A program made the position numbers and the translations under genes. This document shows, one piece after another, positions 1 to 8,800 of a stretch of 37,359 nucleotides of DNA (position 1 is the first letter of the stretch; each line of letters begins with the position of its first letter). Origin of the DNA: a virus; the IMG/VR virus record IMGVR_UViG_3300042786_000001; one strand, 5' to 3'. The notes under the pieces were generated by a model. It had not been told where the DNA came from, did no database searches, and saw only the letters and a list, made by a program, of their open reading frames with translations.

Positions 1-127
1 TTTTAGCTTTCAGTAGGTGTTTATACCTTCTTTCAGCATGAAGGCGTAAATCAGCTATTTGTATGGCTCTAGCACCTACTGCGTCATAGTTGCTGTTCTG
101 CTGTACATAAATCTTATCATAGTCAAT
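1..127. repeat. Left copy of an exact 127-bp terminal direct repeat (identical to 37233..37359). The contig is circular or terminally redundant, with a unique length of 37232 bp
   Basis: Read directly. Bases 1..127 (ttttagctttcagtagg...cttatcatagtcaat) recur verbatim as the last 127 bases of the window. Confidence 0.95.
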
Positions 128-265
128 ACCTTTCATAATGTCATAATCATCATCAGTGTATTTTTCTTTCCACTTATACTTGTAGTCAACTATTACATTA
201 TCAAGTTTGTTGCGATAATATAATTTTAGTATTTCTTCTGGATAAAATTCATCAACTACATTCAA
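1..265 (-). CDS. N-terminal part of a wrap-around ORF (about 154 aa in total). It runs off the window start and continues from 37232 down to the stop at 37033..37035. Hypothetical helical protein
   Basis: Own translation of the minus strand. The frame is open from TTG at 265 (GGTGA 5 nt upstream; alternative ATGs at 277 and 283): NVVDEFYPEEILKLYYRNK...DAVGARAIQIADLRLHAERRYKHLLKAKK. The frame stays in register across the 127-bp overlap. It is absent from the ORF track because there is no stop before position 1. Confidence 0.5.
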   Translation of the reverse strand, partial: MNVVDEFYPEEILKLYYRNKLDNVIVDYKYKWKEKYTDDDYDIMKGIDYDKIYVQQNSNYDAVGARAIQIADLRLHAERRYKHLLKAK

Positions 266-674
266 TGAGATCACCATCTTCATATTTATTGCCAATAACA
301 ATACAATAACTCAATTCCCCAAATTTTTCATCAAAATTAGCAACATATTGAGAAACCATTTCTCCCATTCTACCTTTAGTCTCTACTTCTGTAAAGTACC
401 ACCAGCCGTCCCAATATCTTTTTACAACAGCTTTCAATCCATTGCATTCATCACAGTGCTGCATTTCTATTATATCCCCTTCATATATTTCTTTTCCATT
501 TTTATCTTTTAAGCCCGTGTACTGCATTAATTCTACATTTTTGCTAATACCTAATTCTTTTATATAATCATTATCAATATAAATTTGACCATATTTCATA
601 CAAAAGTTTAAATCTATTCTGTCCCACATTTTTTGATTATCTTTATCCCAAACTCTAAACTTAATTTCTCTCAT
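252..674 (-). CDS. yopX: YopX-family protein
   Basis: 140 aa. The N-terminus MREIKFRVWDK..., the later YTGLKDKNGKEIYEGDII and the overall size are typical of YopX. AAGGAG lies 9 nt upstream of the ATG. Confidence 0.75.
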   Translation of the reverse strand: MREIKFRVWDKDNQKMWDRIDLNFCMKYGQIYIDNDYIKELGISKNVELMQYTGLKDKNGKEIYEGDIIEMQHCDECNGLKAVVKRYWDGWWYFTEVETKGRMGEMVSQYVANFDEKFGELSYCIVIGNKYEDGDLIECS

Positions 675-820
675 ACTTTAACACTCCTTATTTGTTCATA
701 ATAATCGTAAAACTTAGATTCTGTTTCTTCTACTCTTTCCTGATCATTGACTATGTTAACTACAAATTTGCGTGGTTTGTTGAGTAAATTGCAAGTTTGC
801 TGGATAGAAAGGTGAGCCAT
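671..820 (-). CDS. Small hypothetical protein (49 aa), below the ORF-track cutoff
   Basis: Own translation: MAHLSIQQTCNLLNKPRKFVVNIVNDQERVEETESKFYDYYEQIRSVKV. AAGGAGGTGA lies 7 nt upstream. The start overlaps the ERF stop (TAATG) and the stop overlaps the YopX start (ATGA). Confidence 0.55.
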   Translation of the reverse strand: MAHLSIQQTCNLLNKPRKFVVNIVNDQERVEETESKFYDYYEQIRSVKV

Positions 821-1446
821 TAACTCACCTCCTTATTTAACTTTTTAATTAATTCTTCAATTTGTGATTTGTCTGTTGATGCTATATGTTTCATACCTTT
901 ATAGCCTTCCTGCTTAAGCATTTTCTTAACCTTATCAGCATCATCACTTTCTAACCACTCATTAATAATTGCTATCTGCTTCTTAGTAGCTGTTTTAACC
1001 TGCTTATTACTTCGGGATGAGTTATTATTGGCACTTTTCCGACTACCTCTGCTGTTGCTTCCATCTACATCTTCTTCACTTGCTAATCCAGTTGCAGCAG
1101 CTAATGAATATCGTCTAGCATATGTTATACTACTTCCTGCACCTTGCACATCGCTCATAGACTTGCCAGTATCTTTAGGTAATCCTACTGGGCCAAAAGA
1201 TAACCATTGACCGCTTTCATGAAAGATATTAGTTGTTACCAGTATATTACCTCTTTCATCATAGCCAACCTCTTGGTTGAATGATAAACCTTTACCACTC
1301 ATAGCTTCCTTAACTACATCTACAACACTATCTAATTTAGCATATTTGTAGCCATAACCTTTGGTGTCTTTGACTGGATTTACAACTTCCTGCTGAAACT
1401 CCATAAATGCTTTCATAACCTCATTAACTTCATTGCTCATTTTCAT
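820..1446 (-). CDS. erf: ERF-family single-strand annealing protein (recombinase)
   Basis: 208 aa. It has GYGYKYAKLDSVV near the N-terminus and GSSITYARRYSLAAATGL, both characteristic of ERF-type SSAPs. It sits next to an exonuclease gene. Confidence 0.7.
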   Translation of the reverse strand: MKMSNEVNEVMKAFMEFQQEVVNPVKDTKGYGYKYAKLDSVVDVVKEAMSGKGLSFNQEVGYDERGNILVTTNIFHESGQWLSFGPVGLPKDTGKSMSDVQGAGSSITYARRYSLAAATGLASEEDVDGSNSRGSRKSANNNSSRSNKQVKTATKKQIAIINEWLESDDADKVKKMLKQEGYKGMKHIASTDKSQIEELIKKLNKEVS

Positions 1447-1447
1447 A

Positions 1448-1606
1448 TTAATTATCCCCTTTCAATTTCATATTAATTGATGTTCTTAGATGATACCTTA
1501 ATAACTCATCTTCTTCTAACAATAAATAAATTAAATTTTCAACTTGCCGCTCATTCATTCCATAATCATAAGCTAACTCTGATAAGATTAATTCTTTGTT
1601 AGTCAT
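1448..1606 (-). CDS. Small hypothetical protein (52 aa), possibly HTH-like
   Basis: Own translation: MTNKELILSELAYDYGMNERQVENLIYLLLEEDELLRYHLRTSINMKLKGDN. GGAGGA lies 9 nt upstream. It fills the 152-nt gap and is tightly packed against both neighbours. Confidence 0.5.
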   Translation of the reverse strand: MTNKELILSELAYDYGMNERQVENLIYLLLEEDELLRYHLRTSINMKLKGDN

Positions 1607-1802
1607 ATTTAGCATCCTCCATTTTCAAACTCATTTCATTATACAAAAACTCTAATCCTTGAACAGTTGCTAAACTATCCCATATCATTGCTTCTGCTAC
1701 TTCTTCACATACATGATACCTTTTCATTAATGCGTCAACAACACCTTCTTTATTAACTTCCTTGTCAGCTATTTCTAATTCAAACTTTTCTACACCTTTC
1801 AT
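1599..1802 (-). CDS. Hypothetical protein (67 aa)
   Basis: ORF track. Same strand and tight packing within the operon. Confidence 0.5.
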   Translation of the reverse strand: MKGVEKFELEIADKEVNKEGVVDALMKRYHVCEEVAEAMIWDSLATVQGLEFLYNEMSLKMEDAKYD

Positions 1803-1833
1803 TTGCTCACCTCCTATTAACCATTATATCAAC

Positions 1834-2715
1834 CTAACTGTTATCTGTCAAATAATTTTGATGCCAATTACAATATTCAGCTACATCACAGTAATTTTGA
1901 CACTTAGTTGGTTCAGCTACTCTGTGTTCAATGTAATCGCCTTTACCTTTTTCCTCCATCCACTTTTCAGCAGCTTCTCTACTATCTAACACTCTGTGCG
2001 CTCTCTTTCTACCTTTAGACTTAACAGCAAATGTATCATCATCCTGCCATCTTTGTTTTTTGCTGCAAGGTTCTATCTGATCATCATCTAATAATTCATC
2101 TAACCTTAAACTTTCAAACTTATTTTTTATAAATTTGTCAATTTCAATAAAATCTTTCATATTAAACTCAAACTCAACAGTTTGTACAGCGTGTGGTGGA
2201 TAATCTTTCTTGCGATCAACTTGCGATTTCTTCCAATCCTTGAGAAACATTACAATTTGTCCTCTTTTGCAGTTAAATCCTATTTGATTAAGCATCCAAG
2301 CATATATCAATAATTGCTTTCTGTAATCATCATAATCGCCGTATATAGCCTTCCAGACTGATGTAGTCTTATAATCTATCACTGTGTTAGTTTCTCCATT
2401 GTATAAGTCAAATAAGCCACTTAATTTGTATCCATCAAATATATCTATTTTAATATATTCCTCTTTCAACTCAATGTCCCGCTCAACCTGTTCCTCTAAT
2501 ATTTTGTGAGTTGCTGTACCAAAAAGCAACCAAACCATATCTGCTACATCTTTCTCAATTTCATCATGGTATCTACGCTTTAATATAGCTTCCTTATTGC
2601 CTTTCAACATACTTGTAACACTATATTGCTTATCTTTATATTGGTAGTCTGATTGAGCCATTTCAAGAAATGCTTTAGGTAGATTATATTTGTTAGTTAT
2701 TTTCAATTTTATCAA
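1834..2715 (-). CDS. PD-(D/E)XK (RecB/Cas4-like) exonuclease, partner of the ERF recombinase
   Basis: 293 aa. Motifs seen: GTATHKILE, DLYNG...VIDYKT (D...D-x-K) and QLLIYAWML (QxxxY). The C-terminal Cys cluster CQNYCDVAEYC plus an upstream Cys suggests an Fe-S site as in Cas4-like nucleases. Confidence 0.65.
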   Translation of the reverse strand: MIKLKITNKYNLPKAFLEMAQSDYQYKDKQYSVTSMLKGNKEAILKRRYHDEIEKDVADMVWLLFGTATHKILEEQVERDIELKEEYIKIDIFDGYKLSGLFDLYNGETNTVIDYKTTSVWKAIYGDYDDYRKQLLIYAWMLNQIGFNCKRGQIVMFLKDWKKSQVDRKKDYPPHAVQTVEFEFNMKDFIEIDKFIKNKFESLRLDELLDDDQIEPCSKKQRWQDDDTFAVKSKGRKRAHRVLDSREAAEKWMEEKGKGDYIEHRVAEPTKCQNYCDVAEYCNWHQNYLTDNS

Positions 2716-3025
2716 CCTCCTGTATTTTTAGTCCTGTCCATTCATCTGGCAAATAATTTTTAGCTATCTCAAATGGATTTTCATTAGTTTGGAAATAAAA
2801 CACTTCCTGCTTAAAGCTACTTGTGTATATTGCCCTGTAAAGCTTTCTATTAGCCTTGTATTCAGTTTTAAATTGTTCAGTAGCTTCTTGTACCTTTAAA
2901 TTAACTTCTGCCTGTATTTGAGCGTTTATATTAGTCTGCAACTTGTTATATAATTCTACACCTGTGCCAATTGATAATCCCATCATTAAAAATATTAGTA
3001 ATAAACTAATCAGATTTCTTTTCAT
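2693..3025 (-). CDS. Signal-anchored or secreted hypothetical protein (110 aa)
   Basis: N-terminal hydrophobic segment LISLLLIFLMMGLSIGTGV. ORF track. Confidence 0.5.
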   Translation of the reverse strand: MKRNLISLLLIFLMMGLSIGTGVELYNKLQTNINAQIQAEVNLKVQEATEQFKTEYKANRKLYRAIYTSSFKQEVFYFQTNENPFEIAKNYLPDEWTGLKIQEVDKIENN

Positions 3026-3143
3026 TTTTATTCTCCTTTAAACTATCTTTCCATGCTTTCCATTGACGCCACATTTCATAGTCTTTCTTTTGTTCTCTTA
3101 ATTCTTTATCATGTAACCAATCTAAGTTGCTGTGTGGTATCAT
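3006..3143 (-). CDS. Small hypothetical protein (45 aa from the internal start)
   Basis: The ORF track gives 3006..3188. The internal ATG at 3143 (MIPHSNLDWLHDKEL...) has AGGAGG 6 nt upstream and removes the overlap with the upstream gene. Confidence 0.45.
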   Translation of the reverse strand: MIPHSNLDWLHDKELREQKKDYEMWRQWKAWKDSLKENKNEKKSD

Positions 3144-3145
3144 AA

Positions 3146-3388
3146 TTAACCTCCTAATGCTATTATAATTAATGATAATGTTATCCATATCCCAACAACT
3201 GTTAATCCTGCTTTGAGCAATAATTTAATATTTAATAATTCTTTTAACATTTCTTCCACTTCCTTTCTATATAATTCTTTTTCTAATAATTCAGCAACTA
3301 ATTTATTTCTGCTAATATTCTTCTCATCTACATAATCCTCTAATCGCTTAACTAAGTCATTTGGTAAAGTTATGTTAATCTGAAACAT
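3146..3388 (-). CDS. Ribbon-helix-helix (CopG/Arc-like) domain protein with a C-terminal transmembrane helix
   Basis: 80 aa. The N-terminus INITLPNDLVKRLEDYVDEKNISRNKLVAELLEKEL fits the RHH beta-alpha-alpha pattern. The C-terminus LLLKAGLTVVGIWITLSLIIIALGG is a hydrophobic helix. Confidence 0.5.
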   Translation of the reverse strand: MFQINITLPNDLVKRLEDYVDEKNISRNKLVAELLEKELYRKEVEEMLKELLNIKLLLKAGLTVVGIWITLSLIIIALGG

Positions 3389-3750
3389 TACATCACCTCC
3401 TTTAATTTATAATTGATAGCATCTACACTTTTATATTTAGCCAAAATGTTTTCTATATCTTTATTGTTAATATCCCAGTTAATTGCTGACCAACCTTCAT
3501 TTAGATATGTTGCTATTCTGTATGCTAAAACCATTGGTGTAACATTAAAATTAAAATGAGTGTGTGGAATTGAAATACTTTTACCATTCATTAAGCTTAC
3601 ATTAGTTTCGCCACCATTGTCGCTTAACATATACCACTTATCGTTAACTTTAATTAAGTGTGATCCATCTACCGTTTCTTTACTTTCTTGCACCTTTGTA
3701 AAATATCTTAAGTCTTTAGCAACTGCTGAATAATTATTAATTTTAATCAT
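3388..3750 (-). CDS. Hypothetical protein (120 aa), first gene after a consensus promoter
   Basis: ORF track. AAAGGGG lies upstream of the ATG and the promoter at 3784..3812 lies immediately upstream. Confidence 0.55.
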   Translation of the reverse strand: MIKINNYSAVAKDLRYFTKVQESKETVDGSHLIKVNDKWYMLSDNGGETNVSLMNGKSISIPHTHFNFNVTPMVLAYRIATYLNEGWSAINWDINNKDIENILAKYKSVDAINYKLKEVM

Positions 3751-3783
3751 TTTATCTAGCCCCTTTCGTTATCTTGTACCACC

Positions 3784-3812
3784 ATTATATATGATAATAT
3801 TACACTTGTCAA
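3784..3812 (-). promoter_or_regulatory. Consensus sigma-A type promoter: TTGACA, 17-nt spacer, TATAAT
   Basis: The minus strand reads TTGACAagtgtaatattatcataTATAAT. The -35 is at 3807..3812 and the -10 at 3784..3789. It sits in a 128-nt intergenic gap just after the terminator. Confidence 0.75.
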
Positions 3813-3822
3813 GTAAATATGT

Positions 3823-3863
3823 AAATAAAAATAAAAATCCCTACCAGCTATTAACCAGTAGGG
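3823..3863 (-). terminator. Rho-independent terminator ending the structural/lysis transcription unit
   Basis: Minus-strand RNA: CCCUACUGGU-UAAUA-GCUGGUAGGG, a 9-10 bp stem that includes G-U pairs and therefore forms only on this strand. It is followed by AUUUUUAUUUUUAUUU and lies 16 nt after the stop of 3879..4247. Confidence 0.75.
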
Positions 3864-3878
3864 AGGAGGGATAACTAT

Positions 3879-4247
3879 TTATTTTTGTTCATTTTTGCTT
3901 TGCAGTTCTTTTCCTAATTGTTCTAATATTGTTCCAATCACAGGCTCAAATTCTTCACCTGGTATTTGCTTTTTAACCTCATCAGCGATTCTTACCCAAA
4001 ATTTATCATCAATGTCTGTGTCCTCAATAATAGTCTTAACCACCTGTAAAATAATTTCATTCATAAAATTTTCATCTCCTTTTTGAAATATGCTTATAAT
4101 AATATTTGTCAACCACATTGGTATTTCATCCCTATCCAACTCATCACCATACTTATCCAACATCTCATTAGCCTTTGCAATATTTTCATCAATTGTAGGC
4201 TGTTCTGGGGTTAGGTCATCACCTCTGCTTATAGACAGCCCATTCAT
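3879..4247 (-). CDS. Acidic hypothetical protein (122 aa), last gene before the terminator
   Basis: ORF track. Its start overlaps the stop of the upstream gene. Confidence 0.55.
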   Translation of the reverse strand: MNGLSISRGDDLTPEQPTIDENIAKANEMLDKYGDELDRDEIPMWLTNIIISIFQKGDENFMNEIILQVVKTIIEDTDIDDKFWVRIADEVKKQIPGEEFEPVIGTILEQLGKELQSKNEQK

Positions 4248-4432
4248 TTTCCCAACTTTTTCACAGCATCACCACCGATAATTACCACCGCCAGCATTTC
4301 AAAAGTTTCAACAGGAATAACATTAAATATTAATAATATAGTTATATAAATTAAAAATGTTAATGCTTCCTGTATTTTATTGCTTTCAAAAAATGCTAAC
4401 CAATCATTGAAATGTTTTTTAATCCACATCAT
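4244..4432 (-). CDS. Holin-like small membrane protein (62 aa)
   Basis: Two hydrophobic segments (ALTFLIYITILLIFNVI and FEMLAVVIIGG) and a charged C-terminus KKLGK. It overlaps the endolysin gene by 4 nt. Confidence 0.5.
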   Translation of the reverse strand: MMWIKKHFNDWLAFFESNKIQEALTFLIYITILLIFNVIPVETFEMLAVVIIGGDAVKKLGK

Positions 4433-4806
4433 GTCCTGTTATCCCAATCTGCCTGCCTGTGTCTCACATCAAGATGAATAAATGTGTTATATAATCCAAC
4501 ACCTGTAAAGCCTATTTGCCTTGCTATACGCTTAATCTCATCAATTTGAAGCGGTATCGTGTGTAATGATATATCTACTGCCTTGCCATATAAATGCTGA
4601 CTGTTATCAGCACCTCCTACTTGTTTATTTCTTTCTGGACATCGATAAGCTGAATTAATTATAAGTGGCACATTAAGTCTATCTCGCAACAATTGCAACT
4701 TTTCAACTAACTCATCATCAACTCTAACGTGTCTGTGATTAGGATGAGTGCACTCAAATTCACTCAAATTAAAGTTTTTGCTTATTTGGAAATTATTGAT
4801 TGACAT
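4429..4806 (-). CDS. Peptidase M15-family (zinc D-Ala-D-Ala carboxypeptidase / VanY-like) endolysin, catalytic domain only
   Basis: 125 aa. SAYRCPERNKQVGGADNSQHLYGKAVDI and the later HLDV match the H-x6-D...H zinc triad pattern of M15 peptidases. It sits between two small membrane proteins. Confidence 0.7.
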   Translation of the reverse strand: MSINNFQISKNFNLSEFECTHPNHRHVRVDDELVEKLQLLRDRLNVPLIINSAYRCPERNKQVGGADNSQHLYGKAVDISLHTIPLQIDEIKRIARQIGFTGVGLYNTFIHLDVRHRQADWDNRT

Positions 4807-4810
4807 TCAA

Positions 4811-5038
4811 TCACCCTCTTTCATCCTCAGCTAATTTTTCCAATGCATCAAGCCTATCGTGTGCTTTATCAGCACTGTTTTCTACATGATACATTCGTTC
4901 AATTAATCTATTGTGCTTGTCCTGCTTATCTTCTATATAACTTAATTTTGTCCATACTATCCCTGCAAAAAATGCTAATGTTACTAGATTAATGCCTATT
5001 TGTAACCAAAACTCTGTTGAGAAGTCCAAATTTATCAC
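4811..5038 (-). CDS. Lysis-associated membrane protein (75 aa), holin or XhlA-like candidate
   Basis: One N-terminal TM helix (WLQIGINLVTLAFFAGIVW) followed by a charged helical tail. It lies directly upstream of the endolysin. Confidence 0.45.
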   Translation of the reverse strand: MINLDFSTEFWLQIGINLVTLAFFAGIVWTKLSYIEDKQDKHNRLIERMYHVENSADKAHDRLDALEKLAEDERG

Positions 5039-5059
5039 CTTTCCACTACGATTTTATAT

Positions 5060-5506
5060 TTACGCTGTTCTTACCCACATATAAACTGTGATGTATGGTT
5101 GAAGGTTGTTATGGGGAGAATCGCCGCCAGCTAGACTAGTAGGTACTGTACTTGTGCTGCCTCTTGCACTATAATCAAAACCACCACTGCCTCCAGAACC
5201 AAGAGCTCTTGTATAATTATGATCATGTGAGGGCATTTCGTTAACTGTTAATTGGTGTTCTTTTTCTCCACCAGTTTCGCCAATTGCATCAAAATCCGCA
5301 TCTGTGCTATCTTGGCTGACTAATACTCTACCTTCACCAAATCTTTCCCAAGTTCCAAAACCTAGCAATGTAGCAGGATTTGTGCCGTTACTTGCATTTA
5401 TATATATACTGCCAACTGGATACACAGCATTAATTGCATTTTCTTTACCTTTTTCATTTAAATTTACCGCTGAAACATCATCACTTTCTACCCATGCTCC
5501 TGCCAT
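5060..5506 (-). CDS. Tail fibre / tail-collar-domain-like protein
   Basis: 148 aa. LLGFGTWERFGEGRVLV...GETGGEKEHQLTVNEMPSHDH resembles the collar-domain signature GG..H.L...E.P.H.H. It is the last gene of the tail module. Confidence 0.55.
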   Translation of the reverse strand: MAGAWVESDDVSAVNLNEKGKENAINAVYPVGSIYINASNGTNPATLLGFGTWERFGEGRVLVSQDSTDADFDAIGETGGEKEHQLTVNEMPSHDHNYTRALGSGGSGGFDYSARGSTSTVPTSLAGGDSPHNNLQPYITVYMWVRTA

Positions 5507-5766
5507 TAACCACTCACCTCAAATTCATTCTTCAAAGTTTGATACATTGCTTGTCTTATTTTAACTTCATCAGGAAAATTAAATTTCCATCTTATTTCAG
5601 CATTTTCAAATACTATTTCTGTACCTGCATCAACCTCCATTAGTATCATTGGGGTTGTATCAGTTGTTGCATCAGCGTTGTATTCTGTTACATACTGGCT
5701 AACCTCTGTGCCATCAATTGTTATACTTTTTGTTGCTCCACCATCTTGTATTCTAACAGTTGCCAT
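5506..5766 (-). CDS. Hypothetical tail-associated protein (86 aa)
   Basis: ORF track. Its stop abuts the ATG of the fibre gene, and it lies in the tail module. Confidence 0.5.
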   Translation of the reverse strand: MATVRIQDGGATKSITIDGTEVSQYVTEYNADATTDTTPMILMEVDAGTEIVFENAEIRWKFNFPDEVKIRQAMYQTLKNEFEVSG

Positions 5767-5828
5767 TTAATCACCTTCCTTGTTTAATAATTGCAAAATA
5801 CTTGCATTAGTAATTGCAAACGCTTGCT

Positions 5829-8800
5829 CTAATAGTTCCAGCTATAATCCAAGCGTGATATTTGCAGTGCTTCAGTTTCCTTTTTAATTAAATCATACGG
5901 TTGTTTGTCAATTAATACACCTGTGCCTATTTGCTCTGTTGCTCTAAATCCACCTATCCAGCCAAAGTGTGTTATATTTTCATTAGCACTATTAGGACCA
6001 AGATAAGTTAGTGTATCAACTCTATCAGCTGTGTTAACATCCTGTTGTGTCCTCTCTTGCCTACCCAGTTCTGTATCGCCATTAAACCAAGCTATATGTG
6101 TTACTCTATCGTTAGGCTCAAAATTAGGCGTATATGTGCCATCAGCCTGCCATGTGCCGTCAGCTTTCAACTTTCTAAATATATTAGGATTTTCAGCGAA
6201 TGTCCAAGTTTTGCTGAAGTCTATAGGGATAATTAATATTTCACTTTCGCCTATTCCTTCGCTGACTACTAATTCAGCACGCTTAGTTAATTCCATGAAG
6301 AATTCTTCCCAAGTTTTGTGCTTAGGTCCTTTGACAGCTTCGATGTCATAAAATATCTGACCATTTTCATCAAAAGTGTTGGTGCGTGTTATTAGTAGTT
6401 TTTCACCTTGATTAATTCCCATTGATGTGAGATTGTTAACTGTGATAAGTTGCCCAGCTTTGAGCCCACTTCTTCTAGTCTGAAATTTAAGTCGCTTGCT
6501 GTCAACTCCATATTTTTCAATCCTGCTGTTGCCTATTTCAATTGCAGCTTCTCTACCTTCAACATTCCCAACTGTTATAGCGTCCTCAACTATTCCACTT
6601 GTGCCATCAATGTCAGCTTGTTTGCTTATCAGATTAGAGTCATAAGTTTGTGCTACAATCTTAAACTGCCCAATAAATGTACATCTAACTCTATCATTGC
6701 TGGTTAATCTACTTTCAGCGTTATCGTGTGTGATAATATCAGACTCTTTCTCCCAATACCATTGGAAACCATCATCAACACCTTTTCTACCAACAGTTTG
6801 AGTCTGCCAAGCACCACCATTAATTGATATTTCAATAGTCGGCTCCTCTGCTATTGGAAAACTAACAGGGAAAGCTTTTTTATCACCATCTCCACGCTCA
6901 ACATCAACCTGCTCCTCTGTGATACCAATTGGGCCTTTGACAAGTTGTTGATTGCGATAGAGTGGATTGCCCGTCTTAGCAGTCGGCAGCCCTCTAATAT
7001 ATTGTGGCTCTAACTGCCAATCCGCAGGCTCGCTATCTCTACTTTTGAAATGCAACACTTTATCAGAGTCTATTTTCCACCAAAAGTTCATCTTATCTGC
7101 TACAGATGAAATTAATTGTTCTGTTGGCACAAAGTTAGCTCTAGTTTCAAGTATTTCTGTGCCGTCTTCAATAGAAGCATTATCTGTTAATACATCAATA
7201 TTAATTTCATCAAAAGTAGGTGTTATACTTGTATCTGATGTGTTAAGTGTAGTTTTATACTTTAATTCTACACCCTGTAAATCAGTCGGCAAATTAGGTA
7301 TTGGCTGTCCATTTGTTGCTGTATCCCAAGTTGCACCATCATCTGTGCTAGTTTCAACTGTGATAGAAGTGTTAGTTGGTTTAGTTTCCTGCCAAGTTAT
7401 TGTGCTACCTCCATCTTCAACAGCAGGTGATAAGTCAAAAGGCTTACTTATGCGATAACCAGTTGTTTCGTAAGCTGATACTACCTCTACTTCTAAACTC
7501 TCTAATCTAGGTGTGACAGTTGTATCAGTAGTTGACAGCACCTGTCTCACATCAAGAATAGTTGGATTAGCAGGCAAATTAGGTATTGAGCCACCATTAG
7601 TTGCCGTCTGCCAAGTTGAGCCACCGTCAACGCTAGTTTCAATAGTTATACTCTGTGCGTTAAGTGTTTCCTGCCAACTAATCTGACTACTTGCTACTGT
7701 ATCTATTGGTGATAAGTCTAGTTGTGGTGATTGGCGAGTGCCTGTTGGCTCATAATCCTGATTTCTTTGAAAAACATCATCAACATATATATTAGCTTCA
7801 TTTCTTAAAAACACACCAGTATAGCCATGAGTAAATGTTGTATCATAAGTTCGCACTCCTGCAATTTCGTTCCCATTGCTATCACACAATCTTGCATTAA
7901 AGTAATCACTATCAGTACTGACTATAAACATATAAGTAGTTCCTGCTGTTATATCTTGTGTGTTTGATGTTAAAACTGTTCTAGTTCCACCATTAGTAAC
8001 AGCAAATTCTAAAGCACTATTTCCTCCCCATCTAATATCATAATAGTTATTATCATCTTGATATCTAATGAGCATTTTTATTTCTTGTCCCACACCAGCA
8101 CCATCTACACAATGAAAATACATTTCGTTATAACTTTCTTCTAAATCTTCTCCGTTCCAAATGATGGCATCAGAACTATCTGAAACTATAGAATAAGTTC
8201 CATTAACTTTTGAAGTATCATCAATTAATACATTAACTGTATCACCATTCCAACCATTTATATTGCCATTTTCAAAATCATCATCTAAATATACCTTTTT
8301 AAATACTAACTCCAACCCATCATTAACTGCCACTACATCAGTCAGAGTGCCTTCTGCAAAGTCTGCTGTTGTAGTTTCAATGTCAGTTACATCAGAGCCG
8401 GTTTTATCTAATCTCAAACTATCATTTTCAGCAACTACATTTGATAATGTGCCAGTTGAGAAATCTGCTGTTGTAGTTTCAACAAAATTTAAGTCTTTAC
8501 TGTAATACACACCCTCCTCAACAAGTTTTTGGTCAACTATATCTTTGATTATATCTCCTGCTAACTTATTCCTTGCTGCATAGCTTATCCTTCTCTTATC
8601 AGCTAGATAATGCATATCAATGCAGACTATATCGTGCATGTAGCTGTTAATGTGTCCGAGAGGATATTTATCGCTAGTTTCAAGATAACCTGCGAATACT
8701 AGCTCATTGTTATTTTTATCATCCTCTACTCTAACAGGTTGTCCTTTCTGAAAAGTATATTCATTATTTTCATCAACAATGGAAAATGAGCAGGTGGCAC

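Noticed and set aside
1-127. Interpreting the 127-bp end duplication as a biological direct terminal repeat
   Set aside because: The length equals a common maximum assembler k-mer, an ORF reads through the junction in frame, and TerL looks like a headful type. An assembly overlap of a circular or circularly permuted genome is the more economical reading. Read-terminus analysis is needed to be sure.
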